In this document: one piece after another, positions 38,501-50,431 of the stretch
How the letters are laid out: each line of letters opens with the position of its first letter
Position numbering within the stretch: position 1 is the stretch's first letter
Source of the DNA: Octopus sinensis
Lineage: Eukaryota
Direction: 5' to 3'
Length of the DNA stretch: 64,000 bases
NCBI RefSeq assembly: GCF_006345805.1
Contig: NC_042997.1
Span: 110,546,001-110,610,000, forward strand
The notes under the pieces: model-generated
The model's database searches: none
What the model saw: the letters and a program-made list of their open reading frames with translations, nothing else
What the model was told of the DNA's origin: nothing
Translations under genes and position numbers: made by a program

Positions 38501-39469
38501 AACACGACGTCTTATCACTAGAATACTTCGATAAAACCAAAGAAGTTTATTCGATTTTTAGTATGTTACTGGCACTTATTTTATCGAATAAAATAAGTGA
38601 TTTTGAGAAAATCCCAGCAGGAAGGTCGACTGCCATCGGGATGTACCGAACAAAGTAGAAGGGATAAATTTAAATAGGCCTATACAAGTGAATTTTAAAG
38701 GGAACCCAGGCAAAAAAAAACATTCCTTTAATTTGTGTGTCTGTGTGATTGTCCAGGTATGATAGGAAGAAGAAGCCTGGTAGCCCTACCTTTTGTCTCT
38801 GGGTTAGAGGCAGATGTTTTTTTATGGACCATTTTTGCGATTCTTTCGCTCCCCTCACAGATTCTAAATGCTGCGCTGACGACAACAGCAACAAAGTTTT
38901 CCGACGTAGAATGAAGGAAGTCGCAGAATTATTGCCAAATATAAATAAATTACTTTTTTAAACCCAAAATATTCGAGATATTTGGAGGAGGTGGTCTGCT
39001 AACCACGAAGTTGATGATGCCTCGTCACTAAAGTGAGGTGCATGGCTGTTCTAACGTCTCAGCCTCGCCATCATTCTTCCTGCCAGTCTTCTTGGATTGT
39101 TTCTGTTCATAAAGTGGAAAATATAACTCTAAAGATAAAAAACGGCAAATCAGAACCGAATTTACCTCTTTATATCTCCACTAGCGAATGTATATAAGTG
39201 CCGATATGTATTTAATGTTCATGCGTATACAAATTATGTCTAACTTGTTTAAATTATATTTATCATTTATATAAAACCGGTTACAAATAAAAGTTGGTGA
39301 AAAAGTTTTATAAAGTTATGTTCGTGTGTTATAAAGTTATGTTCGTGTTTTCTAAAACTGTTTTATAACAAAGACTGGAATATTTCAGAGATAATGAGGT
39401 GTGTGGAAGGTTGCACGATAAAAGATAATTGTGAATATAATTTGAAAAACACAAAACATTTTGTCTTAC

Positions 39470-39537
39470 CTCCTCCGTAAAGGCAATATTCGACTAACTG
39501 TCCCAGCTGACAGCGATAACAACCTGTTTATATACAT
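39470..39537 (-). CDS. ALDH1L1: Putative upstream exon of ALDH1L encoding a mitochondrial targeting presequence (MYINRLLSLSAGTVSRILPLRR)
   Basis: ATG at 39537, 22 codons plus AG, then a strong donor GAG|GTAAGA at 39469. The phase-2 end joins the acceptor at 27477 (A CTT AGC AGC ATG) in frame, giving ...[15 protein letters not shown]. The peptide is Arg/Ser/Leu-rich with no acidic residues. Confidence 0.75.
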
Positions 39538-40424
39538 GGGCAAGCTAATATATTCATATATAAGAGGGTGGGTTTGTTCTTATCCTATTATCGTTGGCCT
39601 ACCAACTAGAATTGTTTTATGTTGCTATATATTTATGTCAAACTTTAAGTATTAATGTGTGTTTTTAAGTCCTCTCATCCGCACACATATATCTAATATT
39701 TATATATATATACACTCGTGTATAAACAGCTTCTGGGCACGTTACCTATGTTAAGACTTTTGTTATGGTGTATGTGTGTTGTAAATACACTTTTTTTTTA
39801 GGTTTTCTGTATATTATATGTATGGGTGTGATAGAGGCTAATCCTGTAATTACAAAAGACAAATTATGCCTGTATATCACACCTGAAGTCCTAAACCATG
39901 AGTCCCTAGTTATTAAATTATTCTATGAAAAGGCTGTGGTAATAATAATAATCCTTTCTGCCTGTGTATGCCGACCTCAGCAGTTAGAGATGACGAGGCT
40001 CTCGAAGGGCGAAAATTAAACAAAGCAGCCAGGAGAAGAAAGAGTTAAAGTGTGTATGGGGGTGGAAGACGGGTGCGAGACGACGGGTGCAGACGCAATT
40101 GCTTGTTGGGTGAGAAGGAAGAATGTATTCAGTAAATAAGATTTTGACGAAGATTTAGCGCTAAAACTAGAATTTTGAATGTGATTGGTATAAGCAGTTT
40201 TCTTTGGATGTGTTACAATATGTACCCTTACATCTATTTAATTCTGAATTTGCTTGACTCAGCGTAAGTCTGGGATTATTCGTTTACCAAAGTCATCAGT
40301 TCTTGAGTTAAAGAAGAGTGAATTCTTTAAAAACCAATTTTGTAGTCCAGCCTCAAAATATTGCAGATGAAAACTTCATTGGAGGTAGGGAGGACCGAAC
40401 ACATGCTATATCGATTGTGCAACG

Positions 40425-40659
40425 TAAGGCGGCGAGCTGGCAGAAACGTTAGCACGCCGGGCGAAATGCTTAGTGGTATTTCGTCTGCCATTACGTTCTG
40501 AGTTCAAATTCCGCTGAGGTCGACTTTGCCTTTCATCCTTTTCGGGATCGATAAATTAAGTACCAGTTACGCACTGGGGTCGATATAATCGACTTAATCC
40601 GTTTGTCTGTCCTTGTTTGTCCTCTCTGTGTTTAGCTCCTTGTGGGCAATAAAGAAATA
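40425..40659 (+). mobile_element. tRNA-derived SINE (family C) with an 18-bp TSD; relatives at about 37755-37990, 43820-44035, 62810-63190, 26870-27320
   Basis: TSD TATATCG(A/T)TTGTGCAACG at 40407-40424 and 40660-40677; B-box-like GAGTTCAAATTCC. Confidence 0.85.
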
Positions 40660-42519
40660 TATATCGTTTGTGCAACGATATATCAAGTTTATGTATTCTC
40701 TTTTACTTGTTTCAGTCATTTGACTGCGGCCATGCTGGAGCACCGCCTTTAGTCGAGCAACTCGACCCTAGGACTTATTCTTTGTAAGCCCAGTACTTAT
40801 TCTGTCTGTCTCTTTTGCCGAACCGCTAAGTAACGGGGACATAAACACACCAGCATCGGTTGTCAAGCGATGTTGGGGGGGAGACAAACACAGACACACA
40901 CACACACACACATGTATGTACGACAGGCTTCTTTCAGTTTCCGTCTACCAAATCCACTCACGAGGCTTTAGTCGGCCCGAAGCTATAGTTGAAGACACTT
41001 GTCTAAGGTGCCACGCTGTGGGACTGAATCCGGAACTATGTGGTTGGTAAGCAAGCTACTTACCACACAGCCACTCCTGCGCCTATGTACATGAAAGATT
41101 TATAATACAAAACCACATTAAAATACAAATCCAAAATCGAAGAAAACACAAGCATGGGCGAAGAAAGAAAAATGGAAAAGAAAGAAAAAAACCTTCAATC
41201 AACATCAAGTGCCTCAATGGGTCGCAACTACAAGGTTCAGCGGAATCTACTGAAATAAGTGAACATGATCGAGGCATTACCACAGACGATGGCGGGGTTT
41301 AAGGCGTTGGAACAGGGAAACAACCTCATGGGCATCAACAGACACCTCGGTAAGGCGAGCCACGCACGATAACAAGAACTTCGTTGTCAGCGGCCCAGCC
41401 CCTAAACACCACAAGCCGGAAGAAATAGTTCACTTCCAGGTCCTGATAGTTAAGGATTTTGTTCCGTTCGGCCGCAGAGGCCGTGACCCTCCCATTTACC
41501 ACAGATTACAGGATGTGAGAACGAACAAACACATGCATACGTACTTAGATGCGTATACACATACATCATAAATGCATACGCACATACATGCATATATAGA
41601 CAGATAGATAGAATACGTATATATCCATATACATGTTTGTAAATACGTATGCACACACACACACACACACACACACTCACATCCTTTAAGTTCATTTATG
41701 TGAAACGTTTTTGAGTGCGCTCATAAAAGGTCCTATGCTATCTATTCCGGTTAGAGGTTAGAGAAAAATTATGGGAAGGTTATTAGCCTGGTGCCACCAT
41801 AGCACAAAATGATTCCAGAAATAACAAGAACTTTTGAATGGAAATTAATAAATCCTTTAATGCATTGCTACATAAGATAAGATAAGACTTCCCCTGTTTC
41901 ATTATCAATGGTCTGCTAGTGGGCGACCTCCTTAATTGTCAGCTAACATTTTGTTTTAAGTTTTCCTTTACCAAACCTCATGATATTGCTTCTAATAAAA
42001 TCTTGATTTTTATGATTATACCAACTATGATTTCTGTCTGCTCCCTCAGCCTAACAGATACTGCCCTTTGATCTCTCAGCCTTAGATATACAAGGATTTG
42101 ATAAACTAGTCTATAAAAAAAATGATCGCATAAAAACAAAACAAAAAAATCAGTGAGAGGCAGCGTCTGTAACAATGTATATCTTCTTGATAACTTAGTA
42201 ACTTCCATGCTGGAGTAAGAACAGCATATTCTTTGTCTATCTACTTAATTTCTTACAGATTTTAGGTATAATTATGCTAATGTGGCCATCTGTTCTAATT
42301 TAATTAATTCTATGTCTTTGTGCAGCTGAGGATTGCTCTGCCTTTTAAATTAATGTAATGATTGCATTGTTCAATTAAATGGAGTTGCATGAAACGATCG
42401 TACTGCATTACCTATGGATATCCTTGTTGCTTATTTTGATTTTAATCACCATACTTTGAAATTGTATGGATAATACCGTATATATATGCGTCTAGTTTTT
42501 CAAAAACTAGCATTGAATT

Positions 42520-43480
42520 TTTGGACACAAGTTTTCTGGAGGCAGAATAGTGACAAAGTTATTTTGCAAGCCCACGTCATCCCACATTTATCTCCGCCAC
42601 CGATTCGATCATCTACATCATATAATTCGGTCAAATCCGAAATCCCAATTTTCAAAGATAAAACGAATTCGTACCGACATAAGGGATTACTGGAAACATG
42701 CACATGCTTTTGTACACCATTATGTCAAACGCGGTTATAGTGATTCATGATTAAAGGAAATAGCAAATGACAAAGAAAATCAAACTTTTACGCACAATTT
42801 TAGCAAATAAAGTACAATATGTGACAGAATTCCTTCAGTGATTAACTGGCACCGAAATTTCGCTGGCATTTCAAAAGTATTACATGAAAGTTATCAGCAT
42901 GTTGCGGAAAAATATCCTCGTTTCAAACAAATATTTCCTCGGTCACCTATTGTAGACTTTAGATGAAATAAAAAATGTAAGAGAACTACTAACCTCTACT
43001 TCTGACTCCAAGAAAACTAACATTGGAGTATCTGCACGCTGTACCTTGAAAAGCAGCCGCAAGATAGGTAGGCCCTGGTCATTGTGCAACAACATGAGTG
43101 AGGTGAATTCCATCAGGAATAATAACAGAAATGTTATGATTTATACAAAAGGTGGGACATGTAGAGATTCCCACTTGGTGTATGCAGCAGATTGCACGAA
43201 ACACTACTTGATTTATGTTGGTTGTACAACAGAACAATTAAACAAAGATTGAATATGACGTCAGGCACAATAGCAGTAGTTCGACAGAACTTGCCGAACA
43301 TTTTGCTTCAAACAGCTACAATTTTGGGGAAAAAAACTTGAAAGTGCATATTCTCAGAAAATATTCTGAATCTGCTACACTTTCAGTACTCAAAACGCAC
43401 GAGGAGAAATATATTTGCGTGTTATTAACACCACGTCCTGGAGGAATGAATAAAATGACAGAATTTCATCATATTTACAC
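42520..43480 (+). mobile_element. Degenerate Penelope-like element fragment (post-RT domain plus GIY-YIG endonuclease)
   Basis: KLFCKPTSSHIYL...HHIIRSNPKSQF.KIKRI...YVKRGY, then C..SHLVYAADC...YVGCT.EQLN and LAEHF; multiple stops. Confidence 0.8.
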
Positions 43481-44051
43481 AAAACTATTTGAGTAAATAT
43501 TCCTCTTTTTCCTTTTCTTTTTCTTTTCTTTTTTCTTTTCTTTTCTTCTTTTTCTCTTTCTTTCTTTCTTTCTTTTTGCCAGTTGTAAACTTGAAAATTG
43601 AAGGCTGATGATGTCATTCCATCGACGTGAGAATGCTGGTTACCTTCGTTCATATTTTGGATTTGAATTTCTATAATTTTGAACTTTTATCACTTTTCAT
43701 TTTGAACTCGACAAAAACAGACAAGCTGTTGAAATTTCGTTCAACCAATAAAATATCTATACCAATCGCTCTTTGTATTGTCTATCATCATCATCATCAT
43801 CATCATTATTATTATTTAGGGGGCGATCTGGCAGGATCGTTAGCACACCGGACGAAATGCTTAGCGGTATTTCGCCCGTCGCTATGTTCTGAATTCAAAC
43901 TCCGCCGAGGTCGACTTTGTCGTTCATCCTTTCGGGTCGATAAATTAAGTACCAGTTATGTACTGGGGTCGGTGTAATCAACTTAAACCCTCCTGCCAAA
44001 AATTAGGGCCTTGTGCCTGTAATAGAAAGAATTATCGTCATCATCATCATC

Positions 44052-45750
44052 ATTATTATTTTTCCTTCTTTCTTCAAAATTTCTTCCGTTTCTCGCCGGG
44101 TATTTTCCGTACACCTAGGGCAGAGAAGCTCATTGCATGCATTCCCAGATTACACACGCAAATTCACAGGTAAAATATGTATTTAAAAAATTAATGAATA
44201 AATAAATTCATGAATGGATGTTGTTTTCACAGCGATAATGCTCTTCTCAGTACATGAGCCGTTCCAGTTAACACGATTTTTTGCACTTCCTGTAGGGATG
44301 GTAAGTCTGGTATCATTTTCAAATAGGTTTCAGTGCCTTTTTTTAATCATTCCTAGAGATCCTACAATCACTGGTACTGTAGTCGCCTTAAGATGCCACA
44401 TTTTTTCAATTTCTATTAGCAAGTCTTTATATTTACTGATCTTGTCAAATTCTTTCGCCGCTATATTGTGATCGCAAGGAATACTCATGTCAATTAATAA
44501 ACACATCTTTTTTGTCTGATCTTTTATAATAATATCCGGTTTATTAGCTTTTATAGTTTTGTCGGTATGTACGGGGAAGTCCCATAGAATCGACACATTT
44601 TCTCCTTCAATCACAGCTTCAGGATAGTGTTTATACCATTCGTCAGCAGTTTTGATTTTATAATGCCGACATATTGTCCAGTGTAAATACTGACCGACTC
44701 TGTAATGTCTTGCTTTATATTCTACAGGTGCTAAGATTCTACACTCTGAGATTAGATGGTCTATTGTTTCAATCTCATCGTTACAGAATCGGCATTTTGG
44801 GTCAGCTCCATTTTTTATCACATTGGCTTGGTAGTTCCGGGTTAATAAGCTTTGGTCTTGAGCAGCTAAATATGAAACCTTCACTCTCCGCTTTTAGCCC
44901 TGAGCTTCGTAACCATTGGTGCGTGTGTTTCTGGTCGACATCAGCTTGTTTGCTACGGGCTACATAATTGCCATCTGCTAGCTAATTTTTCATGTGCTTT
45001 TATCTTTGCAATTAATTTTATTTTATTTACACCAGCAGTTGGCGCATTTCCTTCGACCTGATCAATCTGGTGGGTATCTAAGAGATCAGTAGCGAATTTT
45101 TTGCTCTCTTTCAGAATAGAGTGAATTGTTTTCGGTCTTTCGTGTTTTTCAACAAGTTTTAGCATCCAATCGTTGGTTGCTTCAAGGTATTTGGCCAGTC
45201 CGATTGTGGTGGTTTTGTACGTAAGTTCAAGCTGGATCAAACCTCGTCCTCCTTGAGCTCTGGGAAGGTAAAGACGATCCACGTCTGCCTTTGGATGGTT
45301 CATTTTATTACAAGTCAGTAGCTTCAAGGTATTTGGCCAGTCCGATTGTGGTGGTTTTGTACGTAAGTTCAAGCTGGATCGAACCTCGTCCTCCCTGAGC
45401 TCTGGGAAGGTAAAGACGATCCACGTCTGCCTTTGGATGGTTCATCTTATTACAAGTCAGTAGCTTCAAGGTATTTGGCCAGTCCGATTGTGGTGGTTTT
45501 GTACGTAAGTTCAAGCTGGATCGAACCTCGTCCTCCCTGAGCTCTGGGAAGGTAAAGACGATCCACGTCTGCCTTTTGATGGTTCATCTTATTACAAGTC
45601 AGTAGCTTCAAGGTATTTGGCCAGTCCGATTGTGGTGGTTTTGTACGTAAGTTCAAGCTGGATCGAACCTCGTCCTCCCTGAGCTCTGGGAAGGTAAAGA
45701 CGATCCACGTCTGCCTTTGGATGGTTCATCTTATTACAAGTCAGTAGCTT
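44052..45750 (-). mobile_element. 5'-truncated R4/Dong-clade non-LTR retrotransposon (RLE endonuclease)
   Basis: HPKADVDRLYLPRAQGGRGL; CCHC knuckle CRFC...ETIDHLISEC; PD-(D/E)xK motif KPDIII...LLID; C-terminus ...VLRRALSL*; 3' end runs into AAAAATAATAAT(GAT)n. Confidence 0.9.
45183..45750 (-). repeat. Four tandem 142-bp copies of the R4 element 5' end
   Basis: Identical ORF starts at 45372, 45514 and 45656 (period 142). Confidence 0.93.
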
Positions 45751-45754
45751 GCGG

Positions 45755-45960
45755 ATTTATGTTTGCATTTTTATCCAGATTTGGCCAGAACTGGACAGCC
45801 AGAGACGATGTGCTCAACTGTATCGTTGCACTCGTTGCACATTCTGCATTTGGTGTTAGGGCCTGTTTTCGCTATTTTACTTTGATAGTCGTTTGTGATC
45901 AAGCATTAGTCTTTTGCAGTGAGAACCAGCTCTTCTATTTCTGCTTTTAGTCCAGCTCTT
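45755..45960 (-). mobile_element. Second, more diverged R4/Dong fragment (zinc-knuckle region)
   Basis: Translates as AGLKAEIEELVLTAKD*CLITNDYQSKI...KCRMCNECNDTVEHIVSGCPVLA, homologous to 44700-44900. Confidence 0.75.
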
Positions 45961-46039
45961 AAGCCATTCTGACTTTTCACTTAGGCTCGTTTCTCTATCA
46001 GGCCTCGCACAATATTGTTCACGGAGTGATTTTCCCCTC

Positions 46040-46480
46040 CATTTCTTCTTCAGTATGTCTTATAGTTCTGTTTTACTTTTTAGCTCAGAAACCTGGACGT
46101 TATCAAAGAAGCTTGAGAGGCGGTTGGATGGAACTTACACTCGCCTCCTTATGAGAGCTCGAAATCTCTCGTGGAAGCGTCATCCAACCAAAGTACAAAT
46201 ATACGGGAAATTACCACCTGTATCATCTCTTGTGAAAAGTAGAAGAGTCCAGTTTGCTGGACATTGTTGTAGAGCTGAAAACGAGGTAATTTCTACTCTT
46301 CTCCTCTGGAAGCCATCTGCTCGCGATACCAGAGGGCGCACACTCTCCTACCCTGATGTAATCTCCAGGGATACAGGCATCCAGCATCAGGACATCCGTA
46401 ATGCTATGATGGACCGTGAGGTCTGACATAACATAGTAAATTCCATTGTCTCGACCACGGTCGAACAATGTTGATGAGTT
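46040..46480 (+). mobile_element. RTE-like LINE 3' fragment
   Basis: VLLFSSETWTL...RRVQFAGHC ORF ending GAACAATG(T/A)TGATGA; a closely related copy is at about 27890-28205. Confidence 0.8.
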
Positions 46481-46660
46481 CTGTTCTGACGTTTTTTTTC
46501 TCTCTTTGAATCGACCCCAGAAGTTTATTTTTATGCCTGGTACTTAATCCATCGGTCAATTTTGTCGAACCGCTATGTTACAGAGATGTAAACACACCAA
46601 CACCGGTGGTCAAGCGGTGGTGAGGGACAAGCACACACTTACATACACACACGCACGCGT

Positions 46661-46697
<37 letters not shown>

Positions 46698-47573
46698 TAC
46701 ACACACTCACACACACGCTAGCGCAGCAAGTGGGGTGCGGCAGGAACGGCACTTTTAAAGGGGCACCGCTTTTGAGTGTGCTGTAGTCAATATGTGTTTT
46801 TTGTGAGGTCCGGAAGCGGCATGCACTCTAACGCTAATCCATTCACAAGGCTTTGATCCGGCCCCAGATTATAATAGAAGACACTTGCCCAAGGTGTCAC
46901 ACAGAGGGACTGAACCTGGAACCGCAGCCACGCCTGCGCTTGTTTTATCTTCACAAACGCGACAGATTGATTTCTAAAATTCCCCAATTTTCGCATCAGT
47001 AACCAAAGTCTTCTTTTACCCATTTCATTATTCCTCTCACATCTTCACATCCCCCCCCCCCCCAAAAAAAACTTTTCGTTTCAGTATAACCATTTCTGAT
47101 TTTGCAGCAGCTGGAGGATTTTTTTTCCTTTATTTCTCTCTTTTACCTCCCTATTTCGTCTGACACAGTTTTTTTGTCAAAAGCTTTTCTTTTTAATGAC
47201 CTAGTTTGGGCGAATCGCGGCTGTTTGGGTGAGAATGCGATTCAAGCATTAAAGCGGTTAGGATACTAAACATAGATAAGATTCGCACAAGTCTGCCAGA
47301 CGAAAATCAGCCGAAAGCGATCTAAAGTGGGAGCTGTTTAAAGTACTGTCAACGAGAAAAGAAAAAAATAACAGAAACATGCATTTGTATAATTTGATAT
47401 GCCGTCCACATGTTTCTTTTGTAACGAACACGAAGAGCAGATATTTTTAAAGGAAGTAACATAATCTATCGAGACATCTTTTAATAGACGTTCATGATTA
47501 TTGTACTGTATGTAACATGGAAGAAACAAGAAATTAAAAGTAAATTTGGATTTAGAATTCTTTTATTCTTTTG

Positions 47574-47757
47574 GATCTTTTCACTTTGACCGGCAGATTT
47601 AAAAAATAATTTCTTTGTAACTAAACTTTTAAACTTCGTATATTGGTAGAATGTGTTACTTAAAACATCTTTTTCTCTTGGCTTTCTTGAGAAAATTCTG
47701 TAGTTTGTAAGCTATTTGGAAATGATTTTTAAATCTGCCGGTCAAAGTGAAAAGATC
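47574..47757. mobile_element. MITE-like element with about 35-bp TIRs
   Basis: GATCTTTTCACTTTGACCGGCAGATTTAAAAA and its reverse complement at the two ends. Confidence 0.7.
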
Positions 47758-48864
47758 TATTCTTTTACTTGTTTCAGTAATTTTGACTGCGGCCATGCTG
47801 GAGCACCGCCTTTAGTCGAACAAATCGACCCCGGGATTTATTATTTGTAAGCCTAGTACTTATTCTATCGGTGTCTTTTGCCGAACCGCTAAGTTACGAG
47901 GATGTAAACACACCAGCATCGGTTGTCAAGCGATGGTGGGGAGACAGACACCCAAGCATACACACACACAACGGGCTTCTTTCAGTTTCGGTCTACCAAA
48001 TCCACTCTGCTATAGCAGAAGACACTCGCCCAAAGATCAAAACAATTTTAAAATGTGTGTATTTAAGCTCTCGTTTTAAACTTACTATGAATATAAAATC
48101 AAGCATTATCTAAAATGCACGGGCGATTAACACGATCTATGTCGTCTGGACCAGGCACATTTCGTGGGCGAGGTTGAGCAGAGTGACAAAAGGGGCAGCG
48201 AAATGTTAAATAAAGTTAAAGGAATTTAAACAATTAAACAATTTATGTTGTTCAACAGCAAGGCGGAGGAAGAATATTTAATTGTTGCCCACAAACTATA
48301 TTTGGTTTTCTCATTAATAACGATGTGGGTGGGGGCTGGGGGTCAAAGGATTTCAATATTATTCGGAAGGGGAAGGAACGTGACATTTCTCTGAATGAAA
48401 CCCACAGGTTCTAGGCTTCGTTGTAGCAAAGTTAGCTGTCATCACCATCATTATCGTTTAACGTCTACTTTTCCATGCTAGCATGGATCAGACTCGATAT
48501 GTTGAGGCAGGTCTTCTCTGACAGTATGCCCTTCCTGTCGCTCATCCACACCTGTTTCCAAGCAAGGTAATATTTTCTCCATATCTAAACATGTTTTCTA
48601 CGGGTGACTGGAGAAGAACAACATCGCTTGTACGACGAGGATGCTCAATTAGAGCCATCACGTGATGTCTAGACAAGGGCGCGCACACACACACATTGTT
48701 GTATGATGAGCTTCTTACAGTTTCCATCTACCAAACCCACTCATTAGGCTTTGGTTGACCCCAAGCTACAATAGAAGAGTCATACTGTGGTGTTAGTGGT
48801 GTTATGGGCTGTGATGGAGCTATGTGGTGTTGGTGGAGGGGATTGCAGATGAGGTGGACGGAAG

Positions 48865-49282
48865 TGTAGTGATGCTACAGTGTAGGGTTCGGCGCGCATG
48901 CGCAGAATGGGACTACTTCCGGGTGGCCACCGGAAGTCTTCCCCATGCGCATGTGCGGGAAAACATCTCTCGAGCCCGCGAACCTCAAATCTCTCTCTTC
49001 GGCTCAAGACAGCACTGCGATCGGTCACGGTTTTCCTGGCTCTGACAGCCACACACCAGCTTCAACCAACTTCAACCAACCTCAACGACCAACACCAGCA
49101 GTATATCAGAGGCTGTCTATTCCCCCATCAGACAACGTACAACCATGAATCAATAAACCAAGTTGTCTGTTCACCTTTAACCTGAGTTTCGTCTGTTTGT
49201 TTTCTACAAGAATTATTGTATGTGACTAGAAAGGATCTCGACACCCTGCCAGTGCTTCGATGATAGATCCTTTCACGTTACA
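48865..49282 (+). repeat. 5' LTR of Gypsy element
   Basis: TGTAGT...GTTACA, direct repeat of 58381-58798; contains AATAAA. Confidence 0.96.
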
Positions 49283-50431
49283 ATTGGTGACCCCTAGTTG
49301 AGAAAAAGAACAGGATAGAAGAAGACACAGCGAACAGGTTTTTTTTTGGGGCCGAAGAGCGCGGAAATTCACATTTATTTTCCTATTTTCTCCTTTTCAG
49401 CACGGCGAGGTGGGTAAAATAGCCTTATTCATCGCACACAGTACAAAAAAAAAAAAAAAAAACAAAGAAAAAAGAAAACACACACACATTCATTTTTTTT
49501 TCCTTTTCTGTATTTTGTTTTCCTTGTACACACCTATTCCTTTTTTTGCTACCCACGAGGTGCACACACAAACACAATTTTGAATTGCCTTCTCGGTTCC
49601 ACGTGTTCTCTCTCCACTTCTAGACCATACCTTCTGCCCCCTTCTCACAGATTCCTTCCGACAAAGGCATGGCTTCAGGTTTGCCTTCATGGTACTTGTT
49701 AATAATCGTGGTCCCGGTTTTGCACACGCGAATTCGCGCGCGCGCGCGCGCCAGACGTAGGTACTCGATACTCGAGATCCTACGAGGTGACTTGCGCATG
49801 CGCAGTGCAGAATTCGCGCGTGCGCGTTAAACCCCCCCCCCCGGAAAAAAAAAAGGATTTTTTTTAAAGATACCTTTCTGCTTTTTAACACAAAAAGGTG
49901 TTGGATTTAACTAAAAATATATATATGTGTGTGTTGTGTGTATATATAACATATTCAATTTTACACAAAAAAAATTACATAGTCGCTTTCCTCGCGGATT
50001 TACAGATAATGAATTAATTACTATTTTACAGAATAAAATTAATGAATTAATTATATAAATTAAATAATTCTTGAAAATTAATTATTATTAATACTCGAGA
50101 TCCTACGAGGTGACTTGCGCATGCGCAGTGCGCGATTCGCGCATGCGGGTTAAACCCCCCCCCCCGGAAAAAAAAAAGGATTTTTTTAAAGATACCTTGG
50201 TCGCTTTCCTCGCGGATTTACAGATAAATGAATTAATTACTATTTTACAGAATAAAATTAATGAATTAATTATATAAATTAAATAATTCTTGAAAATTAA
50301 TTATTATTAATAATATTTTTTGAACAAAGTAAAAAGTAATTACTTTTTTTTTACAGAAACGCGAACGGGGAATTTCAGTTTAAAGTTTATAAATAAATAC
50401 ATTTCATGTGTAATGTAAAATAGTAGTCAAT

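Noticed and set aside
45308-45656. Three near-identical 68-aa ORFs as a tandem gene family
   Set aside because: They are reiterated 142-bp pieces of an R4/Dong ORF.
48780-49185. 73-95 aa ORFs duplicated at 58188-58701
   Set aside because: Incidental ORFs within the identical LTRs.
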